Assembly: GCA_963837955.1 (NCBI GenBank)
Contig: CAWIPH010000001.1
Span: forward strand, 1 to 64,000
Length of the DNA: 64,000 nt
DNA from: an uncultured Verrucomicrobiae bacterium
GTDB taxonomy: Bacteria; Verrucomicrobiota; Verrucomicrobiia; Chthoniobacterales; JAFAMB01
Reading direction: 5' to 3'
Below the pieces are notes generated by a model, which was given only the letters and a program-made list of their open reading frames with translations, was not told the DNA's origin and searched no databases. The translations under genes were made by a program, and so were the position numbers. This document shows, in pieces, positions 29,395-39,078 of the stretch (positions within the stretch are counted from its first letter, which is position 1; each line of letters starts with the position of its first letter).

Positions 29395-29733
29395 ATGGCG
29401 CTAACAAAAATCGATGACTATATAACACTGTATTCGGCGAATCAGTTCCCGCCGCGAATTTGGCTCCAGGCAAACAATATGTTTATTGGACAACTTATTT
29501 TCGAGCCGGACGGAACACCGCTACCTCCTGACAACGAGGTGAATGGCCAGGTAAACCTCTATTACCATCTTGAGAATTTCCCGCATGCCTTGGATCTCCT
29601 CGAAAGCGATACGGGAGTGAGTCTCCTCTACTCGGGCAGCGGACCCGGATTCGAGAATGGCCTCCTGACAGCGTCGGAAAACATCGGCGACGACGAGTTA
29701 AAACAGGTGCTGGCTCGGAAAGTGCGCAGCTGA
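29395..29733 (+). CDS. Hypothetical protein
   Basis: ORF with natural composition; likely start MALTKIDDY. Confidence 0.6.
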   Translation: MALTKIDDYITLYSANQFPPRIWLQANNMFIGQLIFEPDGTPLPPDNEVNGQVNLYYHLENFPHALDLLESDTGVSLLYSGSGPGFENGLLTASENIGDDELKQVLARKVRS

Positions 29734-29951
29734 CGTTTAACATTGAACAGTTCAAGAACCGAGGTTGCATCTAACATAGACAGGAAGGTTAACTTCAGGT
29801 AGTTCTTCGTCGAGCCGCCACGCGATAGTGAGATGTGAGCTCCCCAGGAGATACTCAAAAATGGGTATTTCCAAGACCGATTCTTCTGTTAAGCAAGTTG
29901 CTCAATTGCTGATCGCACGAGAGTTCTGCCGGCGCTGCATGAAAGGAAAAC

Positions 29952-30923
29952 GTGCCTAGCCGATCTCCCGGCCCACGTCTCAGCGCCTGGATAGTCGTTG
30001 TGATGCTGTCCATGGTGTTCGTTCCGGCGGCGATCACACTGAACACGGTTCGCTCGCCGGCCTCTATCCGGATGACAAGCGTCGACCCAACACCGCATGG
30101 GTACACGTGGAGCCTACTGCTTTTTCTTGTTCCGATCGTTGTGATCGCTTTTGGTTTATTGCCGCGAGAGGAGCTAAAGATTCCGCGGAAGGCCTTCTGG
30201 TGGACGATCGGAATTTTAGTTCCCGTGGGCTTTGCTACTGATTTCTTCTTCGCCAGCCGCTTTTTTGTTTTTCTCAATCCGGGCGCAACCCTGCAGATAG
30301 GGGCGCCGGCCTTGCACAAGCCGGTCCCGGTGGAGGAATACGTCTTCTATCTTACAGGCTTCATGGCGGTACTGCTAATCTATCTGTGGTTAGGTGAATA
30401 CTGGCTCGCGGCTTATAACGCTGTGGACTACCGGGCAGAATCGGAAAAGATCGATCGCCTCCTGCGGCTCCATCCGACCTCAATGATCTTGGGTACCGCC
30501 CTCGTTTTGGCGGCCATCTTCTACAAGAAGATGCTTTCACCAGTTCAAAAGGGGTTCCCTGGGTATTTCACTTTTCTTGTTGCCGTCGGGTTCGTGCCCG
30601 CGATAGCTTTTTTCCCGATCGCCCGGCGGTTCATTAACTGGCGAGCCTTCAGTCTTACTTTGTTTTTCATCCTGCTCGTGAGTCTCCTTTGGGAGGCAAC
30701 CTTAGCCATACCTTATGGGTGGTGGGACTATCAACCGAAGCAGATGTTAGGTCTGCAAATCGGAGCTTGGTCCAATTTACCGATAGAAGCTGTCTGTGTA
30801 TGGATTGCTGTCACCTATGCGACAGCGATCGTCTTTGAGATCATCAAGCTATGGCAGGCATCTGAGAGGCCACTGAAACATGCATTTCTGGGTCCGAAAA
30901 GATCCTCCACGCGCCTCCGCTAG
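29952..30923 (+). CDS. Membrane protein with duplicated lycopene-cyclase-like (CrtYc/Yd-type) domain
   Basis: About 8 TM segments; PVEEYVFY and LPIEAVCVW, each after a W/F-x-F/Y...G segment. Confidence 0.6.
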   Translation: MPSRSPGPRLSAWIVVVMLSMVFVPAAITLNTVRSPASIRMTSVDPTPHGYTWSLLLFLVPIVVIAFGLLPREELKIPRKAFWWTIGILVPVGFATDFFFASRFFVFLNPGATLQIGAPALHKPVPVEEYVFYLTGFMAVLLIYLWLGEYWLAAYNAVDYRAESEKIDRLLRLHPTSMILGTALVLAAIFYKKMLSPVQKGFPGYFTFLVAVGFVPAIAFFPIARRFINWRAFSLTLFFILLVSLLWEATLAIPYGWWDYQPKQMLGLQIGAWSNLPIEAVCVWIAVTYATAIVFEIIKLWQASERPLKHAFLGPKRSSTRLR

Positions 30924-31075
30924 TTCGGTCACAGAGCCACCTTCGATCGATTCCGAAAATCGAGGCATGCTATCCCGAAAGCGGGACGATAGCCCGTGGA
31001 CTTGCCCTCTTATGATGATTTAAGAGATTTGCGGAATCATATCATAATAAACGACTTACAAAGCATGAAAAAGGG

Positions 31076-31092
31076 TTGGCACTTGAAGTGCT
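31076..31092 (+). promoter_or_regulatory. Putative sigma-54 (-24/-12) promoter
   Basis: TTGGCACTTGAAGTGCT vs consensus TGGCAC-N5-TTGCW; about 65 bp upstream of ATG 31156. Confidence 0.5.
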
Positions 31093-31155
31093 TAAGACTG
31101 GCTCAATGAAAAAAGGCTCTCGGGCTGAACCGATAAATGTTTGAGAGATGTACTT

Positions 31156-32187
31156 ATGGCCCTGATTAGGTGCAACGAATGTTTTGCCGAAATATCCGAT
31201 ACGGCGCAATGCTGTCCGCAGTGTGGGTTCATGCGCGCACGACCCAAAACAAAGAGTTGGCTGGAGCTGCTTAGCACGGCGTGCGGACCGTTGATCTTAT
31301 CAGCCGCCGGTACAGTGCTCGCCTATATCACTTTTGTCCACCAGACCAAGACTCAGGAAGCTGAAAAGCTCCAGACCATGATCGAATCGGCGGTGAGCAA
31401 CGATAAGGCGAAGGAGCGAACGGCCGTCCGGCTGGTTAGTTATCTCGCTAAATCGAATCAGCTTTCCACCAGTTTTGCCCTCAGCATTCTAGGGACCGTC
31501 GCGAGAAATGAAGACAACGAAAAACTTCGGACCGAGATCTACGACGCGATCGAAAACATGACTGAAACAGGTTCTCTCAACCTGGCAAAGCTCGATCAAT
31601 ATGATCAGCTGGAGATCTTTTGTCTGCGAGCCGCTCTCACTCCCGCCCAATATTGGCGCCAGGTCAACCTTCATAAGATCGAACAGTTTGCGACCGATAA
31701 AGCCTTGAAATATCGGGCCGCCACGAAATTGCTCTCGCTAGCCGAGGATGTGCTGAGCCCTCAGGCTGTGATCGACATCCTGCTCTCGGAACCGATTCGT
31801 CTTAACGACCCTGATTTAATCGAGCGAACGATTCCGATCTTATGTAAGGCTGTGTCAGAGCGATCGAGCAACAGCTCTGACAATGATGTGGCGGAATTTC
31901 TACAGTCTGTGGTGCAGCAGACGGCCGCCATCAATCGAGACGGTCTCCGGTCCCAGGTCAGACTGCTTCTGGCCCGTGCGCTAGTGGCGAAAGATCCGGC
32001 TGCGCGGGCCACTTCCTTAAAAGAAATTGCCCGGATTACGGTTTCTAACCCGGATCTGAATGATGATACCGAACAACTGTTCGAGACGATTGTTCAAAGT
32101 ACCGGCGATGCGAACCTGCGGCAGATTGTGGATATGGCGCGCAATTTCCTGGCGCTCGAAAAGCAAAGCAGCCGGAAACGCTCCTGA
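31156..32187 (+). CDS. Zinc-ribbon + TM + helical-domain protein
   Basis: MALIRCNECFAEISDTAQCCPQCG zinc ribbon, one TM, then an alpha-helical region. Confidence 0.75.
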   Translation: MALIRCNECFAEISDTAQCCPQCGFMRARPKTKSWLELLSTACGPLILSAAGTVLAYITFVHQTKTQEAEKLQTMIESAVSNDKAKERTAVRLVSYLAKSNQLSTSFALSILGTVARNEDNEKLRTEIYDAIENMTETGSLNLAKLDQYDQLEIFCLRAALTPAQYWRQVNLHKIEQFATDKALKYRAATKLLSLAEDVLSPQAVIDILLSEPIRLNDPDLIERTIPILCKAVSERSSNSSDNDVAEFLQSVVQQTAAINRDGLRSQVRLLLARALVAKDPAARATSLKEIARITVSNPDLNDDTEQLFETIVQSTGDANLRQIVDMARNFLALEKQSSRKRS

Positions 32188-32215
32188 GGGAAGGCGTTCT
32201 CACCAAATTGAAAGC

Positions 32216-32575
32216 CTAGGCGACCTCGACCGGACCATGGTCGTCACAATGATCGCCATGGGGATGGTGCAAGTGGTCATCGACGAGGTAGTCGACGTGG
32301 TCGCCGTGAGGCACCGCCTCGTGCCCGCAATCGGGTCCGTGTCTGTGTGCGACCTCGTGGCCGCCACACTTGTGATCGGGCGTGCAGCGTTCAGGATTCT
32401 TTGTAGTGACCTCCAGGACATGCTCCTCAACCAGGGTTGAGCCAGGCTCCCCCACCGGATGATGGAGGTGGCCGTCATGAAGATAATCGACATGACCGCC
32501 GTGTTTGATGCCGATGTGGCCGCAGTCTGAGCCGTGCTGATGACCGCCGTCGGGATGGCTGTTGGAATCGCTCAT
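32216..32575 (-). CDS. His/Cys-rich putative metal-binding protein with internal duplication
   Basis: Two copies of HxHGxDCGHxxxxHGxHVDYLxDxHLHHP; about 24 His in 119 aa. Confidence 0.8.
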   Translation of the reverse strand: MSDSNSHPDGGHQHGSDCGHIGIKHGGHVDYLHDGHLHHPVGEPGSTLVEEHVLEVTTKNPERCTPDHKCGGHEVAHRHGPDCGHEAVPHGDHVDYLVDDHLHHPHGDHCDDHGPVEVA

Positions 32576-33019
32576 AAGATCGAGGTTGGTCAACCAACAG
32601 CTTCGTCGATCTCAATCAGGACTCAAAGAAATTTCAACCGCGCCATGCCGCCGCCTACGAGGTAAAACCCTCGCTTGCGAACTTCGTCAATTTGCGCCGG
32701 CCGCGGCCGGCCACGATGGGTGATTGGTGCTTGACGATTAGCAATGGTGAGAGGGACCCTTAAGAGGAGCCGCTCGAGATTTCTGCCGAGGATTTTGCCC
32801 GATCGGCGTTCACCGATCACCTCTCACCAATCACTAATCATTGCTGCTCCCGGCCTCGACCCGTCGGGCCTTCTCTGACGGTCCCTCGAGCGGTCGGACC
32901 CAAACAAATCTCAACCAGAGAATGCGTGTCTAATACTCGTTTTGGAGTAAAATGGAATGAGAAACAGTTTCCGATCGATCCCTCTCGGTGTCAGACCGTA
33001 ATTTCTTATAGAGCCGTAC

Positions 33020-34336
33020 ATGAAAACTAACTCTGCGGATCGGTGGACCCGCGCCAGTCTCGAGCCAGCTTTGGTCGAGCTCAGCGCTGCCAACGAAATG
33101 CAGGAATTTTGGGAGGCCACCAAAGCAGTCCTGCACCTGGCACTCCCGATTCAGTTCTGTTGCCTCTGTTTCCGGCCATTTCTTGTTATGCCTCCGACGG
33201 TGTTCCGAGAACGCGCTCCGTTCTTGGACAACGCAGACTTGCAGCGCTTTCAAGAGTTGTGCCCCTTTAGTTCTTACGTCGAGCATCATCCCGGCATCCG
33301 GGTGCTCCGGTTAAGTGACGTCATTGAGACTTCCACTTTAGTGAAAACCGAATTCTTCCGCTTGTTTATGCGGCCATCTGGTGACCGCTATCAGGCGTAC
33401 CTCATTCTCTGGGAGTCGGATGTCTTTCAAGGATTGGTTGGGCTCCATCGGAGTGCGCAGCAGCGGGATTTTACCGACACGGAGATTCACCTGCTCGACC
33501 AATTACATCCGCATTTCCAGAATGCCGGGAAGCGGGTACTGGCATCGCATCGAGAAAAAGCCAAAAGGATGTCTCTAGAGATTTTGCTCGGTAGGTTACC
33601 AATTGCCACCATCGTTCTCGATTGGGATCTCAGAGTAACTTACCGCAATGGAGCAGCCGAAGAACTTGGAGTCCATTGGAATCTGGGTGCTCAAGCTGCG
33701 CGGAGTCTGAAACCAAGCCAGAATTTCGAAATGCCGCCCGAAATTATCGATAGTTGCCGCAGACTCAAAGACACGTGGCATCGTGGCGATAGCCGTTCTT
33801 ATCCGTTGGGCAATGGGAGCGATCTCGTCATTGAGCACCAGACCGTCTCTGGGCTTCGGGCGACAGTGAATCTGTTGCAGATGGACGCCGCGCCATTAAG
33901 CTTGCCGATGTTCCTGGTCAGACTTGAAAGCCGGGACGGTTGTCTGGGCGAAAGCGACGAAAATCTCACCGGCAGCCAACTTGCTTTGTGGGCCAACCTG
34001 AGCCGGAGCGAGCAACGGGTAGCGTGGCTAGCGAGTCAAGGGCACCGGAACGCGGAAATCGCTCAACGTTTGAACAAGAGCGCCTTGACCGTGAAAAAAC
34101 AACTTCAATCGGTCTACCAGAAGCTCGATGTGAGCGGTCGCAATCGGCTGATCGCGATATTACGTTCAGTCGACAATCCCAATGTCAAAAGACAGCAGCT
34201 AGCGGACAAAGCAGCCGAACACGCGATTCCAATGAGAGTTGGAAGTCGAATTTCGCCCACCGTGCCAAAAGGGAGCATTCATCGATTTTCTGTTTCCCAT
34301 CGCGGCAAACCAATAAGCTCGGAAACTCAGGCGTGA
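33020..34336 (+). CDS. LuxR-family transcriptional regulator with N-terminal sensor (GAF/PAS-like) region
   Basis: LSRSEQRVAWLASQGHRNAEIAQRLNKSALTVKKQLQSVYQKLDVSGR HTH. Confidence 0.88.
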   Translation: MKTNSADRWTRASLEPALVELSAANEMQEFWEATKAVLHLALPIQFCCLCFRPFLVMPPTVFRERAPFLDNADLQRFQELCPFSSYVEHHPGIRVLRLSDVIETSTLVKTEFFRLFMRPSGDRYQAYLILWESDVFQGLVGLHRSAQQRDFTDTEIHLLDQLHPHFQNAGKRVLASHREKAKRMSLEILLGRLPIATIVLDWDLRVTYRNGAAEELGVHWNLGAQAARSLKPSQNFEMPPEIIDSCRRLKDTWHRGDSRSYPLGNGSDLVIEHQTVSGLRATVNLLQMDAAPLSLPMFLVRLESRDGCLGESDENLTGSQLALWANLSRSEQRVAWLASQGHRNAEIAQRLNKSALTVKKQLQSVYQKLDVSGRNRLIAILRSVDNPNVKRQQLADKAAEHAIPMRVGSRISPTVPKGSIHRFSVSHRGKPISSETQA

Positions 34337-34482
34337 GCGCCGGCAAGTTGGCGTGATCGCCAAACGGTCGCTCAAAGAGAAGCGCTCGAAGAGTGTTAAG
34401 CGTGCCAGAAATGGAACGCTCATAAACTTTTTAGAGACAAGCCCTTTCTGCCTCTCCCCAAGCAATCTCATCGATACGGGCC

Positions 34483-34743
34483 TCAAAATCCAAGCTGCCA
34501 TTCCGCCGCTAAGATTTCTTCGGCCTTCCGGATTGCCTGCTCGACGAAAGGACAATCTCTTGTGGACCACCGCACTGACGCGTCCCAGCGCTCATCTGGC
34601 TGGATACGCGTGAGGCTTTGAATACACAAATTCCAACTCTTTCCATCAACCCACAATTCTGCCGTTCTCCCATTGTGCGAGCAGGATCGGCCCGCAGCCG
34701 TATCTGGGGACCGTTCCCAATAGAGACGCAACTTACTAAACAT
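34483..34743 (-). CDS. Possible small hypothetical protein
   Basis: 86-aa ATG ORF in an otherwise empty gap, protein-like composition; no motif. Confidence 0.3.
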   Translation of the reverse strand: MFSKLRLYWERSPDTAAGRSCSHNGRTAELWVDGKSWNLCIQSLTRIQPDERWDASVRWSTRDCPFVEQAIRKAEEILAAEWQLGF

Positions 34744-34888
34744 TCAGTATCCAGATACACAGCAGGATTCGTGCGAGGCGATCAAAGGAAGTTTCGGCGT
34801 ATTTCTCGCCTAGATAACCGCCTCAATGTCTTGATAGGTCTTTACGCGAGATACTGGCTGCGCGAAATATGTACGCCTCTTCTAAGTT

Positions 34889-35755
34889 ATGAATCCTATC
34901 GGAATGCACTACGGATACTGGACCCAATACTGGGGCTCAGAGCCAATTGAGTTTGTCAAAAGAGCGAAAAAATGCGGTTTCGACGTTTTGGAGGTCAACG
35001 CGCCCAAAGTTACGCGCATGAGCGATGCGGAGCGGGACGTACTCAAAGGCGCCGTCGCGGATGCCGGCCTCAGTCTCACTTATAGCATTGGTATGACGGC
35101 CGATATGGACCTGGTGTCGGAGGATACTGCGACCCGGCAGAAAGGAGTCGCTTTTCTTCAGGAAGTGGCGCGAGCAATGAAATATATGGGAGGCACCGTA
35201 TTGGCCGGAATCAACTACAGCTCATGGCCGCGTAAATTATTGCCCGGCGAAGATAAGCATGTTCTTACCGACCGCGCGATCGAGGGCGTGCGAGAAGCGA
35301 TCAAAGCCGCCGAGGATAATGAAGTCATCTTCTGCGTCGAAGTCGTCAATCGCTTCGAGCAATTCATCATGAACACCGCCGCCGAAGGTATTGCTTTTGC
35401 AGAACGGGTCGGCAGCCCGAACTGCAAAATCCTGCTCGATACCTTTCACATGAACATCGAGGAAGACAGCCTTCGTGGGTCCATCGTCGAGGCCGGGAAT
35501 TGGCTCGGTCATTTCCACCTCGGCGAAACCAATCGCCGCCCTCCCGGACGGGGTCGAATACCGTGGCCAGAAATTTTCGGTGCCTTGCGCGAAATCAACT
35601 ATCAGGGCGCAGTCGTCATGGAGCCATTCCTTCTTCCTGGCGGCGAAGTCGGGCGCGACATTTCGGTCTATCGCGACCTCCTGGGCAGCGCCGACCTTGA
35701 TGAAGAAGCCGCCCGCTCGGCCCAGTTTGTCCGATCGGAACAGAAGAAATTTTAG
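34889..35755 (+). CDS. Ketose 3-epimerase (D-psicose/D-tagatose 3-epimerase family)
   Basis: EVVNRFE, LDTFHMNIEE, HFHLGETNRRPPG and MEPF carry the E-D-H-E metal site. Confidence 0.88.
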   Translation: MNPIGMHYGYWTQYWGSEPIEFVKRAKKCGFDVLEVNAPKVTRMSDAERDVLKGAVADAGLSLTYSIGMTADMDLVSEDTATRQKGVAFLQEVARAMKYMGGTVLAGINYSSWPRKLLPGEDKHVLTDRAIEGVREAIKAAEDNEVIFCVEVVNRFEQFIMNTAAEGIAFAERVGSPNCKILLDTFHMNIEEDSLRGSIVEAGNWLGHFHLGETNRRPPGRGRIPWPEIFGALREINYQGAVVMEPFLLPGGEVGRDISVYRDLLGSADLDEEAARSAQFVRSEQKKF

Positions 35756-35907
35756 GACGAGCCTGGGGATCTCACGCCAAGGTTTTCGGATTAAAGATTT
35801 GAACCTCACGCAAAGACGCCAAGACGCAAAGTTTTTTGGATTAGAGGGAAGAAACTGACAGTTTTACCGCGTTCGGGTCTTCGGCGCGGGAGCTCGGTCA
35901 GCGTAGC

Positions 35908-36204
35908 TTACTCGAAATCGTATACGACCACCTTCGTCCAGAGCGCTTTGCACTGATCCACGAACTCCAAATGCATCGGATGATCTTGATAATTGTCCTG
36001 CGCTTTCTTGGTCTCGAACTGAATATTTAGCCCCACTTGGTAACTTTGATCGACGACATCGCGATGGCTGCTCACCATTTTTCCGACATGGAAGTTTACG
36101 GCGCCCGGAATAGACGCCAGGTATTTCTTCGCGCCGGCGATCACTTCGTCCGGTGCGTTGGGCTTGGCAGGATCGGTCCAGAAGATAACGACATGCGAAA
36201 ACAT
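35908..36204 (-). CDS. Dabb (stress-responsive A/B barrel) protein
   Basis: MFSHVVIFW...YQDHPMHLEF...VVVYDF. Confidence 0.88.
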   Translation of the reverse strand: MFSHVVIFWTDPAKPNAPDEVIAGAKKYLASIPGAVNFHVGKMVSSHRDVVDQSYQVGLNIQFETKKAQDNYQDHPMHLEFVDQCKALWTKVVVYDFE

Positions 36205-36453
36205 TTGGCGATTGTATTAGCGATTTTCCATTCTGGCGCAATCCCTGAATAAACCACCAGCACCCACCGCCTCGATATCTCTTTGTTCTCGTCGTTGCCT
36301 TCTGTCAGAGGTATTCGAGTACAACTCCGAACGCATTCGTTAGGGTCAAGATCGACCGCGCGGAGTGCTCGCGCTGAATTGTTGACCTGTTCTGGAATTA
36401 GAATCACAAATACTGGCATAAATCGGTCGAGTATCGCGACTGGGCCTCGCCAA

Positions 36454-37287
36454 ATGAGCGAAACAATGAATCATCCGCCGTTGCTGCTGCTTGCACTCGA
36501 TGTCGATGGGACCCTGCTGGATAGCGCTCACCAGCTAAGGTCTAACGTGAAAGACTCCTTAGATCGGTTGGCTGCATCCGGTGTTAAAATCGTCTTGGCA
36601 ACAGCTCGGGGTCCGCAGGCTCTGGGTTTGATCGTACGCCAGCTAAGTTTTTCGCCTCTGTTAATCTGTTTTTCCGGAGGTTGGATTGGTGAATTGCAAT
36701 CGCTGCAGCCGGCGAACGTCCTGCTGGACAAGCGGCTGACCCCGTCCGCAGCCAGGGTTATCGTGACGGCTGCTTTAGCCTACGAGCTCGAGCCAAACGT
36801 CTATACTCCCACCGAGTGGCGGGTCCGTGCCCTAACACCGGAGATTCGAGCTGAATGCGCGATCGTTGAGTCTTCTCCGCTGGTTACTCCAAGTCTGTTG
36901 GGCGACAATGAAAAGCCTAGTAAGATCATGCTGGTTGCCGGCGACGACGAGCATACGAAGCTGCTTCGGATAATAGCTGATTTAATCAAGCCGTTGAGCG
37001 GTACGACTTTCTCGAAGCCTAACTATCTTGAGATCATTGCCATGGGTGTGAATAAGGCAAAAGCCTTGGCCAGCGTGGCGCAAACCTTTGGAATAGAATT
37101 GTCGCAGGTTGCGGCTATCGGCGATGGATTGAATGATTTGGAAATGCTGAAGGAAGTCGGCCTCGGAATTGCCATGGGCAATGCATCCGAGATCGTGAAG
37201 TCCGCAGCCAAGTGGGTTACCGGCACGAACGACGAAGAGGGTGTCGCCCAGGCAGTGCAGAGGCTGGTGAACGAGGGGTTGGTTTGA
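36454..37287 (+). CDS. Cof-type HAD-IIB hydrolase
   Basis: DVDGTL, ATAR, NKAKA, GDGLNDLEML, AMGNA; likely start 36454 or 36466. Confidence 0.92.
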   Translation: MSETMNHPPLLLLALDVDGTLLDSAHQLRSNVKDSLDRLAASGVKIVLATARGPQALGLIVRQLSFSPLLICFSGGWIGELQSLQPANVLLDKRLTPSAARVIVTAALAYELEPNVYTPTEWRVRALTPEIRAECAIVESSPLVTPSLLGDNEKPSKIMLVAGDDEHTKLLRIIADLIKPLSGTTFSKPNYLEIIAMGVNKAKALASVAQTFGIELSQVAAIGDGLNDLEMLKEVGLGIAMGNASEIVKSAAKWVTGTNDEEGVAQAVQRLVNEGLV

Positions 37288-37449
37288 CTAAAATGGGTAA
37301 AATCGGAGGAGACTGGTCCCGTAGGGACGCAATGAAAGTAGCCCAGCACGAAGTGCTGGGTGAGGCATTGAAAGACAGCCCCGTCCCGGAGGGACGATCG
37401 ATAACCGTTTACGTTCGCTAACTTAACGGCATTTTCAATCGTCCCTGAG

Positions 37450-38919
37450 GGGCTTGTCGGACTTTTCAATTGGGTAGCAGATCTGGTAAAAAGGTGGATG
37501 CCAGAGCGATATGTAGTCATTGATCGGCAGACGCCGATGTTGTTGCCGGTCGATTTGCGAGATTGGGTGGCAAAGGATGATTTGGCGCGCTTGATAGCGG
37601 AGGCGGTCGATCAATGCGATCTACGGCTAGCTTGTACCAATGAGCGGGGTAGCGGTAGTGCGCAGTATCCGCCTGGAATGATGTTGGGCTTACTGATTTA
37701 CGCTTATGCGCGAGGAGTATTTTCTTCCCGGCGCATCGAACAACTCAGTTACGAAAGCCTTTCGGTGCGTTACTTGTGTGGCAACACCCATCCGGATCAC
37801 GATACCATCGCGAAGTTTCGGCGAGAGAACGGAGCGTTATTTCGAGAGTGTTTCCGTAGCGTGTTATTGTTGGCGCGGGAATTAGGATTGGTTCGAGTGG
37901 GCAAGCTAGCAGTGGATGGAACGCGACTGGAAGCCAACGCCAATCGCCATCGCTTCAGCACGCGGGAGCAATTAGAGCAAGAAAGGGCTCGAGTCGAAGA
38001 GCTCATTAGCGAGCTGATCCAACGAGGGGAAGCGGCTGATCAAGCTGAAGAGGGCGAAGCAGAGACTGAAGGCTTGCCAGCGGAGTTAGCCGATGGGCAA
38101 AAGCGCCGTAAGGCCATCAAAGAAGCTCTAGAGCGCATCAAGCAACGAGAAGCCCAGCAGCAAGCCGAAAAAGAGCAATTAGCCCAGAGCGGTCGTCAGA
38201 GCCAGGCCAAGGAGGTACGGATGAATTTGACCGATCCAGACTGTGGGATCTTACACCGTAAAGGGGCAGGTACAGTCATTGGCTATAACGCCCAAATTGG
38301 AGTCGATATCCAAGGTGCAGGCCTGATTGTGACTAATGCCGTCAGTGCCAAAGGGGGCGACGCGGAGTTATTGAACCAAGTCCTTGAGCAGCTCGCTCCC
38401 GAGTTAGGAGCAGTAAAGGAAGTGGTCGTCGATTGTGGCTATGAGAGCGGACCCAAAGCCTATGAGCTGGAAAAGAGCCTTGGCACCAAAGTCTATTATC
38501 CTCCCCGTCCGATCCAAGTCAGTGCTAGTGGACCAAAACATCGCAACAGCCATAGGCAACGCTTGGCGCGACACATGCGTTATTTAATCAAAAAACGCAT
38601 CGAGTCCCCCCACGGACAGTGGTTGCAACGTCGGCGCCAAACGGTAGCTGAGGGTGCTTTTGGTTTTATCAAACGCGCGTTGGGCTTTCAGCGCTTCAGT
38701 CTACGCGGCTTGCAAAAAGTTCAGACCGAATGGCAACTAGTCTGCTTGGCCTTTAACCTGCGCAAACTGGCCTAAAGAAAACAAAAAGGCTCTGCACCTA
38801 CCCGCAGCTCCCTTCGCGGAAAATTACGGCTTACCTCAAAGCTGATCGCAATCCTCCCCTTTACCGTCTCCCTTCCGCCAAAAAAAAGCGGAAAAAACAT
38901 CACGAAGTCCGACGGCCCC
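37450..38919 (+). mobile_element. IS1182-family insertion sequence, copy 1 (1470 bp)
   Basis: Terminal IRs GGGCTTGTCGGACTT / AAGTCCGACGGCCCC (12/15 match); single transposase; matches copy 2 where compared. Confidence 0.9.
37498..38775 (+). CDS. IS1182-family DDE transposase
   Basis: LLPVDLRDW, YPPGMML, FSSRRIE, PDHDTIAKFR, VDGT, TDPD, GYNAQ, DCGY, RRQTVAEGAFG, FSLRG. Confidence 0.95.
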   Translation: MPERYVVIDRQTPMLLPVDLRDWVAKDDLARLIAEAVDQCDLRLACTNERGSGSAQYPPGMMLGLLIYAYARGVFSSRRIEQLSYESLSVRYLCGNTHPDHDTIAKFRRENGALFRECFRSVLLLARELGLVRVGKLAVDGTRLEANANRHRFSTREQLEQERARVEELISELIQRGEAADQAEEGEAETEGLPAELADGQKRRKAIKEALERIKQREAQQQAEKEQLAQSGRQSQAKEVRMNLTDPDCGILHRKGAGTVIGYNAQIGVDIQGAGLIVTNAVSAKGGDAELLNQVLEQLAPELGAVKEVVVDCGYESGPKAYELEKSLGTKVYYPPRPIQVSASGPKHRNSHRQRLARHMRYLIKKRIESPHGQWLQRRRQTVAEGAFGFIKRALGFQRFSLRGLQKVQTEWQLVCLAFNLRKLA

Positions 38920-39078
38920 CTTCGGGACGGGGCCGTCTTTGGTTCAATCCCCAGCAATAAATTGCTGGGCTACTTTTCATCGCGTCCCTACGAGACCAGT
39001 CTTCTCACAATGCGTGCCTAGCCTAGGCAATTTAGTATTATGCTGACGCAGGTGCGCGGCCGGGCAGACTGTTTGACT

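Larger units (their letters stand above)
37311..39001. repeat. REPIN-like long inverted repeat interrupted by IS1182
   Basis: Left arm GACTGGTCCCGTAGGGACGCAATGAAAGTAGCCCAGCACGAAGTGCTGGG... is complementary to the right arm ending ...GCTGGGCTACTTTTCATCGCGTCCCTACGAGACCAGTC. Confidence 0.8.

Noticed and set aside
32060..32440. Met/Val-rich plus-strand ORF
   Set aside because: Reverse-complement artefact of the His-rich gene's CAT/CAC codons.
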